64,000 bases of DNA from Eledone cirrhosa (taxonomy: Eukaryota), in assembly GCA_964016885.1 (NCBI GenBank), contig OZ024749.1:11780001-11844000 (forward strand), given 5' to 3'. A program made the position numbers and the translations under genes. Positions 47,571 to 57,730 of the stretch are shown in pieces (position 1 is the first letter of the stretch; each line of letters begins with the position of its first letter). The notes under the pieces are model-generated. The model had not been told where the DNA came from. It worked only from the letters and a program-made list of their open reading frames with translations, and searched no databases.

Positions 47571-47930
47571 TTCAGTCATCTGACTGCAACCATGCTAGGG
47601 CACCACCTTGAAGGGATTGAGTCAATCATATTGATCCTGGCTAGTTAATTTCTTCAAGGCTGCTAATTATTTTATCAATCTCGTTTTGTTGAACTGCCGA
47701 GATATATTGCATAAATAAACAGACACAGTAACATACACACACGCACACACATGCACACAGGCAACATATATATGCACGCATATATATGTTGGGCTTCTGC
47801 ATAGTTTCCATCTACCAAATTTCACTCCTAATGCATTGGTCAAACTGAAGCTATATTCAAAGACACTTATTCAAGGTATCACATTGAACCCCAAACCACA
47901 TGGTTGTGAAGCAGATTTCTTCAACCTGCC
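47571..47930 (-). mobile_element. Decayed tRNA-derived SINE (octopus-type), reverse orientation
   Basis: TTCAGTCATCTGACTGCAACCATGCTAGGGCACCACCTTGAAGG...(CA)n/(TA)n core...CTTATTCAAGGTATCACATTGAACCCCAAACCACATGGTTG, with a B-box-like GGGTTCAA on the minus strand near 47885. It matches my recollection of an abundant Octopus SINE; no database check was possible. Confidence 0.7.
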
Positions 47931-47947
47931 CCTTATTTAATATAAAA

Positions 47948-48100
47948 GGGCAGTGGATTGGCATTTAGTTAGGGCCCTTTTCATTCTGAGTTTAAATCAC
48001 ACCAAGGTCATCTTTGCCTTTCATCATTGTGAGGGTCAATAAAATAATGTACCAGTAAAATACTGGGCTGATTTAATAAAATTTCCCCTCCACCAAAATT
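47948..48100 (+). mobile_element. Diverged, internally deleted tRNA-SINE copy (same family as 49139-49550 and 52211-52806)
   Basis: GTGGATTGGCA...CTGAGTTTAAATCACACCAAGGTCATCTTTGCCTTTCATCATT...GGGTCAATAAAATAATGTACCAGTAAAATACTGGG shares the family core. Confidence 0.7.
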
Positions 48101-48127
48101 ATTTATTATTTAATCTATATAAACATA

Positions 48128-49035
48128 CTGTTCTTCTCATCAAGAGTTTCTACAACAACTTCACCTGTAGAGTAGGGAACAGTGACTCTAGCTTCAAAGT
48201 GAAAACAGGAGTGAGGCAAGGATGTGTGATGTTAGCATTCCTCTTCAACTTTGCTATCGACTGGGTGATTGAACATCTGCTGGAACTTCAACATTGGATG
48301 ATTTTTATTTTGCAAATGTTCTGGCTCTAATGTTTCATATGCCTCAACACATGCAAGAGAAAACACCTCATCTCAACCAATAGAGGAAGCCAAAGATCAG
48401 CCAGAAGTCATCACCATGAACACCGCTAACCCCTTACCTATTCAAGTAAATGGACAACATCTACTAATACTTTCATGGGTAGCACTGTTACAAATGATGA
48501 AAGGGCAGGTAAGGACATTAAAACCCGACTCCGCAAAGCCAGAAATGCCATCAAAATGCTCAACAATGTATGGAGATCTCAATTGAGAATATATCAGAGC
48601 TGTGTTGTTTCCACCCTTATGTACAGCTCAGAATGCTGGTGAATGACAGATAATGACCTGACTAAACAGTCAGTCTTTCACACAAAGAATCTTAGAAGAA
48701 TCCTTAACATTTTTTGACCTGAAAAGATCTCCAGTGAGGAATTGCTGGGTAGATGCCAATAGGAGAAAATGTCAGCAATCCTTCTCAGAAGAAGATGGAA
48801 GTGGATAGGGTATGTTCTCAGAAGAGAGGATGGTAGCATCCTAAGAACAGCCCTTCACTGGACAGCAGAAGGCAAGGGAAAACGAGGAAGGTCAAAGAAC
48901 AATTGAAGGAGAGCAGAAGACCTGGCAACACACATAGGGTACCATCCAGAAGCTGTCCCAGGACAGACAGGAGTTGAGGACCTTTGTTGCTGCCCTACAT
49001 GCTAGAGTGGGCATGACAGGCAGTAGTAGTATTAG
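48128..49035 (+). mobile_element. 5'-truncated, degenerate RTE-clade LINE (RT C-half and 3' end)
   Basis: Translates as LIKSFYNNFTCRVGNSDSSFKVKTGVRQGCVMLAFLFNFAIDWV (RT motif), a decayed FADD region, [35 protein letters not shown] and TIQKLSQDRQELRTFVAALHA, followed by an (AGT)n tail. Contains stops and frameshifts. Confidence 0.85.
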
Positions 49036-49138
49036 TACTTTGAAGCACTGAATGCTATCAAACATTTTCAAATAGCTGTAAATTTATTTTGGTATTGATC
49101 AAAGTGCTCGAATATTATAGGGTATTATATATAAATAA

Positions 49139-49550
49139 AGTGGATTGGTAGTATCGGTAGAGGGTCGGACGCCATGATTTGTAGCATAGAGTTACGGCCC
49201 TTTACGGTCTGAATTCAAATCCCGCTGAGGTTAACTTAGCTTTTCATCCTTATGGGGTCAATAAAATAAAATACCAGTAATGCACTGGAGGGAATTGCTG
49301 GCCTTGTGCCAAAAGAAGAAACAATTATCATTATTATTATTTGAGACTTTGAGGGCGATGGATTGGCAGTATCGCTAGAGAGTCGGACGCCATGCTTTCC
49401 AGCATAGTTACGTCCCTTTACTATCTGAGTTCAAATCCAGACGAGGTTGACTTTGCCTTTCATCCTTATGGGGTCGATAAAATAAAGTACCAGTAATGCA
49501 TTGGGTAATTGATGGCCTTGTGCCTAAAGTAGAAACAATTATTATTATTT
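49139..49550 (+). mobile_element. Two tandem tRNA-derived SINE copies (~49139-49340 and ~49353-49550)
   Basis: Each has an A-box-like GGATTGG(T/C)AGTATCG, a B-box-like GA(A/G)TTCAAATCC, a core like GCCTTTCATCCTTATGGGGTCGATAAAATAAAGTACCAG (resembles the MetaSINE-type central domain, from recall) and a tail GGCCTTGTGCC..AAAG.AGAAACA(ATT)n. Confidence 0.85.
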
Positions 49551-49968
49551 GAGACTTCCTTTGAATTCTGCTTCTTTCCCAAATCAAGCCGAATGTCAAC
49601 CTGGCACAATTTACATTCAATTGTTACACAAAAGATGCCACAAGAATACAAACAACAGCAAATGTCCTTGACAAGTTTTGAATTGGTAATGCTGCCCTTC
49701 TCAGGAAATGGGCAGTACCAGTCAGCACTATTTTCTGTATTTCTTGCAGGTATCTGGTCCAAATATTTTTCAGTTCCCTTTTTTATCATTTCAAGTGCAT
49801 CGACTTTCATTGGTATTGTACAGGCCTGAAGATGGCACATTTTCTCAATTTCAATTGATAGATCTTTATACTTACTGAGCTTTCCTAACTCTTTTGAGGA
49901 GATGTTACGATCTGATGGAATGTTCATGTCATTTAAGAAACATGTTTTCTTTTTATGGTCCTTCTCAA
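49551..49968 (-). mobile_element. 3' fragment of an R4/Dong-clade (restriction-like endonuclease) LINE
   Basis: ORF 49466-49927(-) starts MNIPSDRNISSKELGKLSKYKDLSIEIEKM...ALEMIKKG, the RLE C-terminus (D..IP.D.N..KE.K..KY.DL). The minus-strand 3' end runs into (AAT)n. Confidence 0.8.
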
Positions 49969-50023
49969 TATTATTATTATTGTTATTATGGGCTTACTCT
50001 GAGTATGTGCCTGTAAATTGAAG

Positions 50024-50059
<36 letters not shown>

Positions 50060-50061
50060 AG

Positions 50062-50105
50062 CAAGAAAGGCATCTCATTTGTTGGCCATGTATTAATCTC
50101 TTCAA
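50062..50105 (+). CDS. SHOC1: Internal coding exon (44 nt, phase 0/2) of a SHOC1/Zip2-like meiotic crossover gene: [14 protein letters not shown](N)
   Basis: Acceptor ACAG at 50058-50061 and perfect donor GTAAGT at 50106. It joins the next exon in frame (AA+T=Asn). The joined motif PCIN.(F/L)..AQL.L matches the SHOC1 motif as I recall it from vertebrates ([20 protein letters not shown]); this needs BLAST confirmation. Confidence 0.75.
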
Positions 50106-50110
50106 GTAAG

Positions 50111-50270
50111 TATCTATCTACCTTCTTACCTACAGAGCTACCTACCTACATACCTACCTACCCAGATACTTACCTACATATACATACCTACCTAGATAGC
50201 TACACAGCTACCTACATAAGTAAATTCATACCTACCTACTTCGGTAATTAACCATTTATCTACTTACCTG
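50111..50270 (+). repeat. Degenerate (TACC/TACA)n simple repeat
   Basis: CTACCTACCTACATACCTACCTACC... runs immediately after the exon donor. Confidence 0.8.
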
Positions 50271-50341
50271 TGTGCCTGAAAAGATTTAACAGAAAATATC
50301 TAAAAGTAAGTTAGTTAATTTAATTGTTTGTAGCATTTTCA

Positions 50342-52210
50342 CTAGTAGACATTGTAAATTTTTTCAATTTCAATAAGAAGATCTTTATATTTTCTTAGTT
50401 TGTCAAATTCTTTTGCCACAATATTGTAATTATATGGGATGTTCATATCACTCAGTAAACAGACCTTGCTATGTTGGTCTTTTACACTGATATCTGGTCT
50501 ATTAGCTTTTATGGTCTGGTCAGTATGTACAGGAAAGTCCCAAAGAATTGTTACTTTTTCTCCTTCAGTTACAGCCTCAGGGTGATGATTGTACCACTTG
50601 TCAGCAGCTTTGATTATAAAATGCTGACATATTACCCAGTGTAGATATTGGCCAACTCTGTCATAACTATATTTGTACTCTACTGGGGCTAACACTTTAC
50701 ATCCAGAAACTAGATGGTCCACTGTTTCAACCTCAACATTGCAGAATCAACACTGGATTTACTCCATTTCTCATCCCATTGGCCTGGTAATTCCATGTCA
50801 GTAAGCTTTGATCTTGGGCAGCTAAGATGAAGCCTTCGCTCTCTGCTTTTAGCCCTGAGCTATGTAGCTGATGGGTGTGCTTTTGGTCAACATCAGCTTG
50901 TTTGCTATGGGCTACATATTTGTCATGCAGAGGTTTCTGCTCTCACTTTGATGCTAATTGATCTTGCCTTTTTGGTTTTGCCATTAATTTTATATGCTTA
51001 GCAGCAACAATTGCAACAGTTTCCTCAGTCTGTCCAGCCTGGGGATCAAGCATGAGATCAGTAGCATATTTTTTGCTTTCCTTCAAGATAGAATGAAGCT
51101 CCTTACTTCTCTCATGTTTTTCAACAAGTTTCAGCATACAGTCACTTGTTGTTTCAAGGTATTTGGCCAGTCCAATAGTGGTGGTCTTATAGGTAAGTTT
51201 AAATTAGATCAGGCCACGGCCACCTTGAGTTCTAGGAAGGTAAAGATGATCCACATCTGCTTTCGGGTGGTGCATCCTATTACAAGTCAATAACTTACGG
51301 AGTTTGGTGTTGATTCTTTTAATTTCACTCATATTCCAGTTCAACACACCAACACTATAAGTGATAACTGGAACTGCCAAGGAATTTATGGCTAACACCT
51401 GGTTATGAGCCTTTAATTCTGATTTCAGAACTGAGCGTACTCTCCTGAAACAGTCCTTCCTTATCCTCTCTTTCATACTTGCATGCTGAATGCCAGAGCC
51501 CTCATTAATCCCTAAGTATTTATAGATTTGTTCCTGCTCAAGTTCCTTTATGACTGTTTCAGCATCTAATTCAACTGAGTTTGAGTTAATAAGCTCCCCC
51601 TTCTTGAAAGTGGCTTTGGCACACTTATCAAGTCCAAACTCCATCCTGATGTCATCACTAAATGTTTTTACTGTCCACAAAAGGCCTTCCAGCTTGTCAT
51701 TGTCTTTGCAATATAGCTTTAAATCATCCATAAAATAGGTGGCTTATTTTCAATTTTATAACTGTAACTTGTTCTATTAAGTTCGGATGTAAGCTATGCA
51801 AAAAAATAAGGGTGAAAATGAGTGGAAAATGCCACAGTTCATGATTATATTGTTAGAACTTAGTACTCTATTGTAATGATATAATTGGAGATTTGTGTTC
51901 CACAATGACATATTGTGTTTCAGAAAGTTTGAAATCACAGGTGAGAGTTTGAAGATGTCCAGTAATTTCAGAATCCATGAGTGCGGTATGCTGTCAAAAA
52001 CTTTTTTGAAGTCAATCCATGAGGAACTGAGATTTCTGCATTTATTATGACAATTCTCAAGGATCATACGATTAATCAAGAGTTGATCTTTACAACCATA
52101 TGAACCTCGTCGGTGCCCTTTTTGTTTAATGGGGAAAAGATTGTTCTCTTCTAAAAACACATATGCTTTCTCCATGAGAATAGAGGTTAATAGCTCATAA
52201 GTGGTGGACA
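50342..52210 (-). mobile_element. Degenerate R4/Dong-clade non-LTR retrotransposon (RT, CCHC finger, RLE)
   Basis: Minus-strand ORF pieces: QKGHRRGSYGCKDQLLIN...WIDFKKVFDSIPHSW; HLF(fs)MDDLKLY...MEFGLDKC...YKYLG; HHPKADVDHLYLPRTQGGRGL; ETVDHLVSGC (CCHC) and ILWDFPVHTDQTIKANRPDI...KEFDKLRKYKDL (PD-D/ExK endonuclease). Multiple stops and frameshifts. Confidence 0.9.
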
Positions 52211-52806
52211 GTGATTGGCAGTACCGATGGAGAGTCGGACACCATGCTTTGCAGCATAGAGTTATGGTCCTTTACGGTCTGAGTTCAAATCCCACCGAGG
52301 TTAACTTTGCCTTTCATCTTTAAGGGGTCGATAAAATAAAGTACTAGTCACACACTGGGGTCAATTTAATCGACTCCCCCCCCCCAAATGACTGGCCTTG
52401 TTTCTATATAAGAAACCATTATTTCCAGCATAGGGGTGGATTGGCAGTATTGGTAGAGGGTCGGACGTCATGCTTTGATGCATAGAGTTACGGCCCTTTC
52501 CATTCTGAGTTCAAATCCCGCTGAGGTCACCTTTGCCTTTCATCCTTACGGGGGTCGACAAAATAAAGTACCTGTAATGTACTGGGTATTTGCTGGCCTT
52601 GTGCCAAAAGTAGAAACAATTATTTCCAGCATAGAGTTATGTCCCTTTGCATTTCAGAAAATCATAAGAATCCGATATGTTGATCAAGATCTGAGTTCAA
52701 ATCCCACCGAGGTTAACTTTGCCTTTCATCCTTACGGGGTCGATAAAATAAAGTACCAGTAATGCACTGGGTAATTGCTGGCCTTGTGCCAGAAACATTA
52801 TTATTA
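52211..52806 (+). mobile_element. Cluster of three tRNA-SINE copies (~52211-52425, ~52435-52630, partial ~52689-52806)
   Basis: Repeated GATTGGCAGTA...GTCGGAC.CCATGCTTTG..GCATAGAGTTA...CTGAGTTCAAATCCC..CGAGGT.AACTTTGCCTTTCATC...GGGGTCGA.AAAATAAAGTAC core. Confidence 0.85.
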
Positions 52807-52857
52807 ATACTATTGCACTAAAACCTAAAATTCCATTAATTAATTTTTTTTCATTAG

Positions 52858-52960
52858 TGCTCAATTAATTTTGAAATCCATTTCACTCAAAGACTTTATG
52901 AAGATGTCTTCAGAAGACTTCAAAGTTAAATTCAGCAACATATCTCCAAATGTTTTCCAT
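52858..52960 (+). CDS. SHOC1: Internal coding exon (103 nt, phase 2/0) of the SHOC1-like gene: [34 protein letters not shown]
   Basis: Polypyrimidine acceptor TTTTTTTTCATTAG, donor GTAAGT at 52961, open frame, and phases compatible with both neighbouring exons. Unique sequence lying between repeats. Confidence 0.8.
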
Positions 52961-52990
52961 GTAAGTAGATATGTACCATATATGTGTGTA

Positions 52991-53100
52991 CATCATCACC
53001 ATCATTACCGTTTGTCATCCATTTTTCCATGCTAGTAAGGGTTAGTTGTCCTGTTGTGAGTAATGTCAGGTCAGGTGACCATGTCTTGCTCATACAGAAC
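52991..53100 (-). mobile_element. Short 3' tail fragment of the main RTE family
   Basis: (CAT)n-like start, then CCATTTTTCCATGCTAG...GTCAGGTCAGGTGAC..TGTCTTGCTCATACAGAACTG, nearly repeated at 53112-53225. Confidence 0.65.
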
Positions 53101-53111
53101 TGATTATACAT

Positions 53112-55580
53112 ATCATCATCATCATCATCGTTTAATGTCTATTTTTCATGCTAGCATGGGTTAGACAAGTTGTTCCATTTGAAACATGTCAGGTCAGGTG
53201 ACTGTGTCTTGCTCATATAGAACTGTTTCTATGGCTGGATGCCCTTCCTAATACCAACCACATTTACAGTGAGGATTGTGTGACTTTTATTGTGGCACAT
53301 ACATGACCACTTTATTGTGTGGACTAGGGCTGGGATGGGGGGGGGGTAAAGACATGGGTAAAGGATGGGGTGTTAGGGCATCCAAGGTGTATGGAAGGAG
53401 AGAGGGAGGGTAGGGGATAAGTGATCCCTACTAGAATATATGCTTTAATCTGTGCACATGGGAAGGTGTGTCTTTTGTATTACTGCATAATGCCAAAGAT
53501 CTCGATCCTGTGTTATCGCCTTTCAGAGGTGGAATTGTGCAAAATCACCACATCCCATGTCTTCCTAGGTCTCCTTACTCCATAGCTTCCATCAACTTTG
53601 ATCTCTCTGCATCTTTTTATACAGCATACAGGCTTCATTTCTTTCCAATCTTCACAGGTGCTCTGCACACAGGACCAAGGTCTCATTTCAATGCAACATT
53701 TCTGTTCGTATACAGGTATCATACAATGTGTTCTTCATTTTTAGGGAAAGACCTTTTGTAGCTAAAAGCAGTAGTAGCACCCTGAACTTTATCCATCCCA
53801 TTCACACTCCGGCTGTTGTACTTTCAGAACATCCTCCTCCACTGCAAATTTGGTCACCTAGGGAACAGAACCTGTCAACTACTTCTACAGAGCCCTCTGG
53901 GCATTTGAGAGAGCTAGCTAGTTCTTGCTACTAACTGCACGTGTGCATCAGCCACATGTAAAACCTGCATTCTTTGATAGCTTGTCTGTGATTCCACTAC
54001 ATCTCTTGTATACCCATAGCTTGCATTTGGAGCATAGGATGGGATTTCTACCTACTCTTTTCCTGCACACTCAGGAGGTCCATTTCCCTGTGGGAATCTG
54101 AGCCCTGTTTTCCTTTCTACATACTAAAACTTTAGTCTTTGACAAGTTAACTTTAAAACCCTTTGATTCTAGGCCATGCTTCCAGGTTTGGAATTTCTTC
54201 TCTAATCCTGCCATAGATTCAGCTATAAGGGTTAGATCATCTACATATAGAAGTTCCCATGGGTAACGAATCTTAAACTCTTCTGTTATAGCATGCAGGA
54301 TGATAATAAACTGAAAAGGGCTAAGGATGGAGCCCTGATGGATACCTACCTACACACTAAATTCTTCACTAAAGTCATTGTTAATTCTAACCTTGTTGAC
54401 TGTGTCCTTTATACTTGATCTGTACGGCCTTCACAAGCCACTCATCTTCTCCTAAAAGCCCACCAGATTATGGCACAGGGCACTCTGTCAAAAGCTTTCT
54501 GCAGATCAACAAATGCCAGATAAAGCAGCTTACTTTTAGTTAGGTACTTCTGTAGCTGCTTCACCAGGAAGTGAGCATCTGTGGTGCTTTTACCTGGTAC
54601 AAATCTGAACTGCATCTCATCTAGATTTATCCAGTCCTTAATCAGCTGTGCTATAACTCTTTCTGTTACTTTCATGACCTGGTCCAACAACTTAATGCCT
54701 CTATAGTTTCCTCTATCTAATGCATCTCCTTTACCCTTGTAGCTGTTGACAGTGATGCTGCTGTGCTAATCATTTGGTATAACACCATTTAGTATTACTT
54801 GGTTAACAATATATATTGAGGTGCTTTCAGCATCTCAACAACTATACCCGATGGGCTGGTTGCTTTCCCTGTCTTCATATCCTTAATTGCCTTACTTACT
54901 ACACTGCTGCTGACTTGTATGGCTGGAGCCTCTGTAGGGTCCACTTGGAGTAGGGCCTCTTTCTCCCATGCATTTTCCTCATTCAGTAATCTTTTATAAT
55001 GGCTCTGCCACACAGCTTTCTTTTTGGCGCCTGTGAGGCAAGTGTGTCTTTATCGTCATGGCCACACTTCTCACCAATGACATCACAATTTTCTCTAACA
55101 CACTGCCTCACAATCCTGAACACTTCATGCCACTGGTCATCACACTGCAAAACATGCTTGAATTTTTTATCCTCTGCATCCCTCCTTGCCAAGTATACTT
55201 GTCATCTAGCTTTCCTTCTGGCCCCTATGTAGTGTACCCTGCTTCTCCCTTTCTTCCATTGTTTCATGCATGTCTCTTGGCCTAAATCATTTCACCTACG
55301 TTATTGTTCCATTACCAAGTCACACTTCTCTATGTAGCTCTGTTCCATCCACAGATCTCATCTGTCACTTCCCAATGCTCTTCTGTATTGAGTGCCTTTT
55401 TCTGTTCTTCTTTACTGTCATAATGTTGAGCAAAATATCTCTAAATCTGTTACTGGCTGAGGGTGCTTTCAGTTTCCACATCCATCTCCTCCAAGTTGCC
55501 CTTCTGTCTTAAAGTTCATCTAGCTTGAACAGTGAAGTTACTTGGTTATGTTGGGAGGTGCATTCCTCACCAGGGAAGGA
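53112..55580 (-). mobile_element. Degenerate RTE-clade LINE (end of APE domain, RT, PHD-like insert, 3' UTR, (GAT)n tail)
   Basis: Minus-strand pieces: SFPGEECTSQH (APE end), ARRDAEDKKFKHVLQ, AIKDMKTGKATSPSGIVVEMLKA, LDQVMKVTERVIAQLIK...AFVDLQKAFDRVP. Colinear with the 59616-61998 copy. Confidence 0.9.
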
Positions 55581-55971
55581 TATATATATATACATATATA
55601 TATATATTCATACAAAGAGGCTATTTTTCTGTAAATGCCAGCAGATGGAGTAGTGGAAATTAATTAGTCTGGGAAGTTTGGAACAGTTTAGTGTCTGCCT
55701 ACTGTCTTGATTAGATATTGCCATTACAGTAGTTTTTGTCTCCACTCTCTGTGTCATGTGACTGTGAAAGGGAGCTAATCAGGTACGTACTATATAAAAA
55801 AATCACGGTATATTTTTTCAAAATGAACAAAGAAAAAATGAACCAAGAAGCACTCGACCAGGGCTTCTGAGTAAAAAGCAAAGACAGAAACTGCAAAGAA
55901 TTAATAAAATCTAACTATAATAAATGGAGTAAAAAGTTCAACTTGGATTTGGGTAATCCTGTATCATCATT

Positions 55972-56313
55972 CGTGTAGGTGGCATGATAAAAAGCACCCA
56001 TCCCACACTGTAAAGTGGTTGTGTAGGTGTCACGACAAAAAGAACCTGGCCCACACTGTAAACCAGTCGTGTAGGTGTCACAACAAAAAACACCCAGCTC
56101 ACACTGTAAATGTGGTTGTGTAGGTGTTATGACAAAAAGCTCCTAGCCTACACTGTGGTTGGCATTAGGAAGGGCATCCAGCTGTAGACATGAAGCCAAT
56201 ACCTGTCCTGTGTGAGCAAGATATGGTCATCAGATCTGGCCTGTCTCAAAAATGGGGCAACTCGTCTAACCCATGCTAGCATGGAAAAATGGATGTTAAA
56301 TGGTGATGATGAT

Positions 56314-56318
<5 letters not shown>
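55972..56318 (+). mobile_element. RTE 3' UTR / RTE-mobilised SINE-like fragment with four ~48-bp internal tandem repeats
   Basis: GTGTAGGTG...AAAAA...CACACTGT units start at ~55973, 56021, 56069 and 56118. They are followed by GGTTGGCATTAGGAAGGGCATCCAGCTGTAG and the tail CATGCTAGCATGGAAAAATGGATGTTAAATGGT(GAT)n. Confidence 0.8.
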
Positions 56319-56345
<27 letters not shown>

Positions 56346-56875
56346 AATTGACAGTTTGAAGTTCAGAACTGGGAAGTGCTTGCTTTAAAGAGGGTTTAAA
56401 AGAATGGAGAGGACGTGTGAAGGAAGGCTGCAGAATGTTTGAAGAGAGATGTATTGACCATGAAAAACTTAAACGTCAGCTTCGAAAAGGCCTCAATAAC
56501 AACATAGGGAGCTGGATTTATGAGGTGTGTGGTCGTTTACTGCTCTCTGGGTACATCACTCATTTAAAATCACATAAAAAGCTCTATTCCTCCAATGCTA
56601 GGTGAGACAACATGTGTGGTTGCAAAAAATCTGCAAATCAATTTCTGATCTTAAAAGGTATATGAAGGTACATAAGGATGACATACCACAAACTGACCCA
56701 ATCAATCCAATAGAGGGCACATCTTTTGTCTGTCTCATTTGCTGTAGACCATGCAAATTTAAAGCTAGACTTAAAAGCCACCAAAGAGACTATGAACGTA
56801 AGTTTGGAGTTGTTGATGGTTGATGGGGGTGCACAGGGAGATGGCAATCATCTGTAAAGATGAAGCAATCACCCT
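56346..56875 (+). mobile_element. 3' end of a different RTE-like LINE with C-terminal C2H2 zinc fingers (decayed)
   Basis: NWEVLAL..WRGRVKEGCRMFEERCIDHEKLKRQLRK followed by EVCGR..THLKSH, CGCKKICKSISDLKRYMKVH and FVCLICCRPCKFKARLKSHQR, with frameshifts. Confidence 0.65.
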
Positions 56876-57412
56876 CATCATCATTGTTATCATCATCGTT
56901 TGACGTCTATCTTCCACACTAGCATGGGTTAGACGAGAGTTGTCCCACTTGAGGCAAGATTGGTCGGGTGACTGTGTCTTGCTCGTATAGGACTATCTGG
57001 TAGGTTTTCTACGGCTGGATGCTCTTACAACCACATTTACAGTGTGGACTGGGAACTTTTTACCGTGTTACCTACATGACCACATTACAGCGTGGACTGT
57101 ATTTTTTTGTCGTGACACCTACACGATCTCATTAGTTTGGACTGGATGTTGTGGGACCAACATAACTTTATAGAGAAAGGGTGCTGTTGGTGGGAGTGGG
57201 AGGATAGAGTGGGGTAGTGGATTGGGGTGTATGTTTGGTTTGGAGGGGCCTACTGACTGTAGGTTAACTTTGCACGTAGGAAAGGTGGGTCTTCTGTATT
57301 ACTGCGTGACGCCAGAGATCTCGATCCAGTGACATTGACATTGCGAGGTGTAAGTGTGTAAGGTCGGACTTTATCGTGTCATCCCAGGTTTTTCTGGGTC
57401 TACCTACTCCGT
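56876..57412 (-). mobile_element. 5'-truncated RTE copy (last ORF codons and 3' UTR)
   Basis: The reverse complement matches 61481-61998, e.g. CACGGAGTAGGTAGACCCAGAAAAACCTGGGATGAC vs CACGGAGTAGGCAGACCCAGAAAAACCTGGGACGAC. (CAT)n tail at 56876. Confidence 0.85.
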
Positions 57413-57429
57413 GTGTATGTCTGTATACA

Positions 57430-57604
57430 TATGTATATATATATATCAGTGTGTGTGGTGTATATATATATATTAGATTTTATATAGGTGTTTCAAACTA
57501 TTGCAAATGAAGAAAACAGCTTAAACAGCATAGAAAAATGGACGTTAAAGGATGATGATGATCGTATATATATATATATATACATATATACCTGTGTGTG
57601 TGTG

Positions 57605-57661
<57 letters not shown>

Positions 57662-57730
57662 CATATATAATATGGCATTATATTTTATATAGGTGTTTCA
57701 AACTATTGCAAATGAAGACAACAGCTTAAA
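57430..57730 (+). repeat. Direct duplication of the splice acceptor and first 38 nt of the large exon, separated by a ~37-nt RTE 3' tail
   Basis: TTTTATATAG|GTGTTTCAAACTATTGCAAATGAAGA(A/C)AACAGCTTAAA occurs at 57488-57525 and 57693-57730, each preceded by GTGTGTGTGGTG(TA)n. The insert is CAGCATAGAAAAATGGACGTTAAAG(GAT)4 at ~57526-57562. Confidence 0.9.

Noticed and set aside
47555-47600. Apparent strong acceptor TTTTTTTCAG at ~47575 as an additional exon
   Set aside because: It is the T-rich reverse-strand tail of a SINE, and the phase-0 reading (TCA TCT GAC TGC...) shows no similarity to the expected protein. Cryptic exonisation cannot be excluded without RNA data.
56417-56823. Host C2H2 zinc-finger gene
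   Set aside because: The fingers follow a LINE ORF C-terminal motif, are frameshifted and lack TGEKP linkers.
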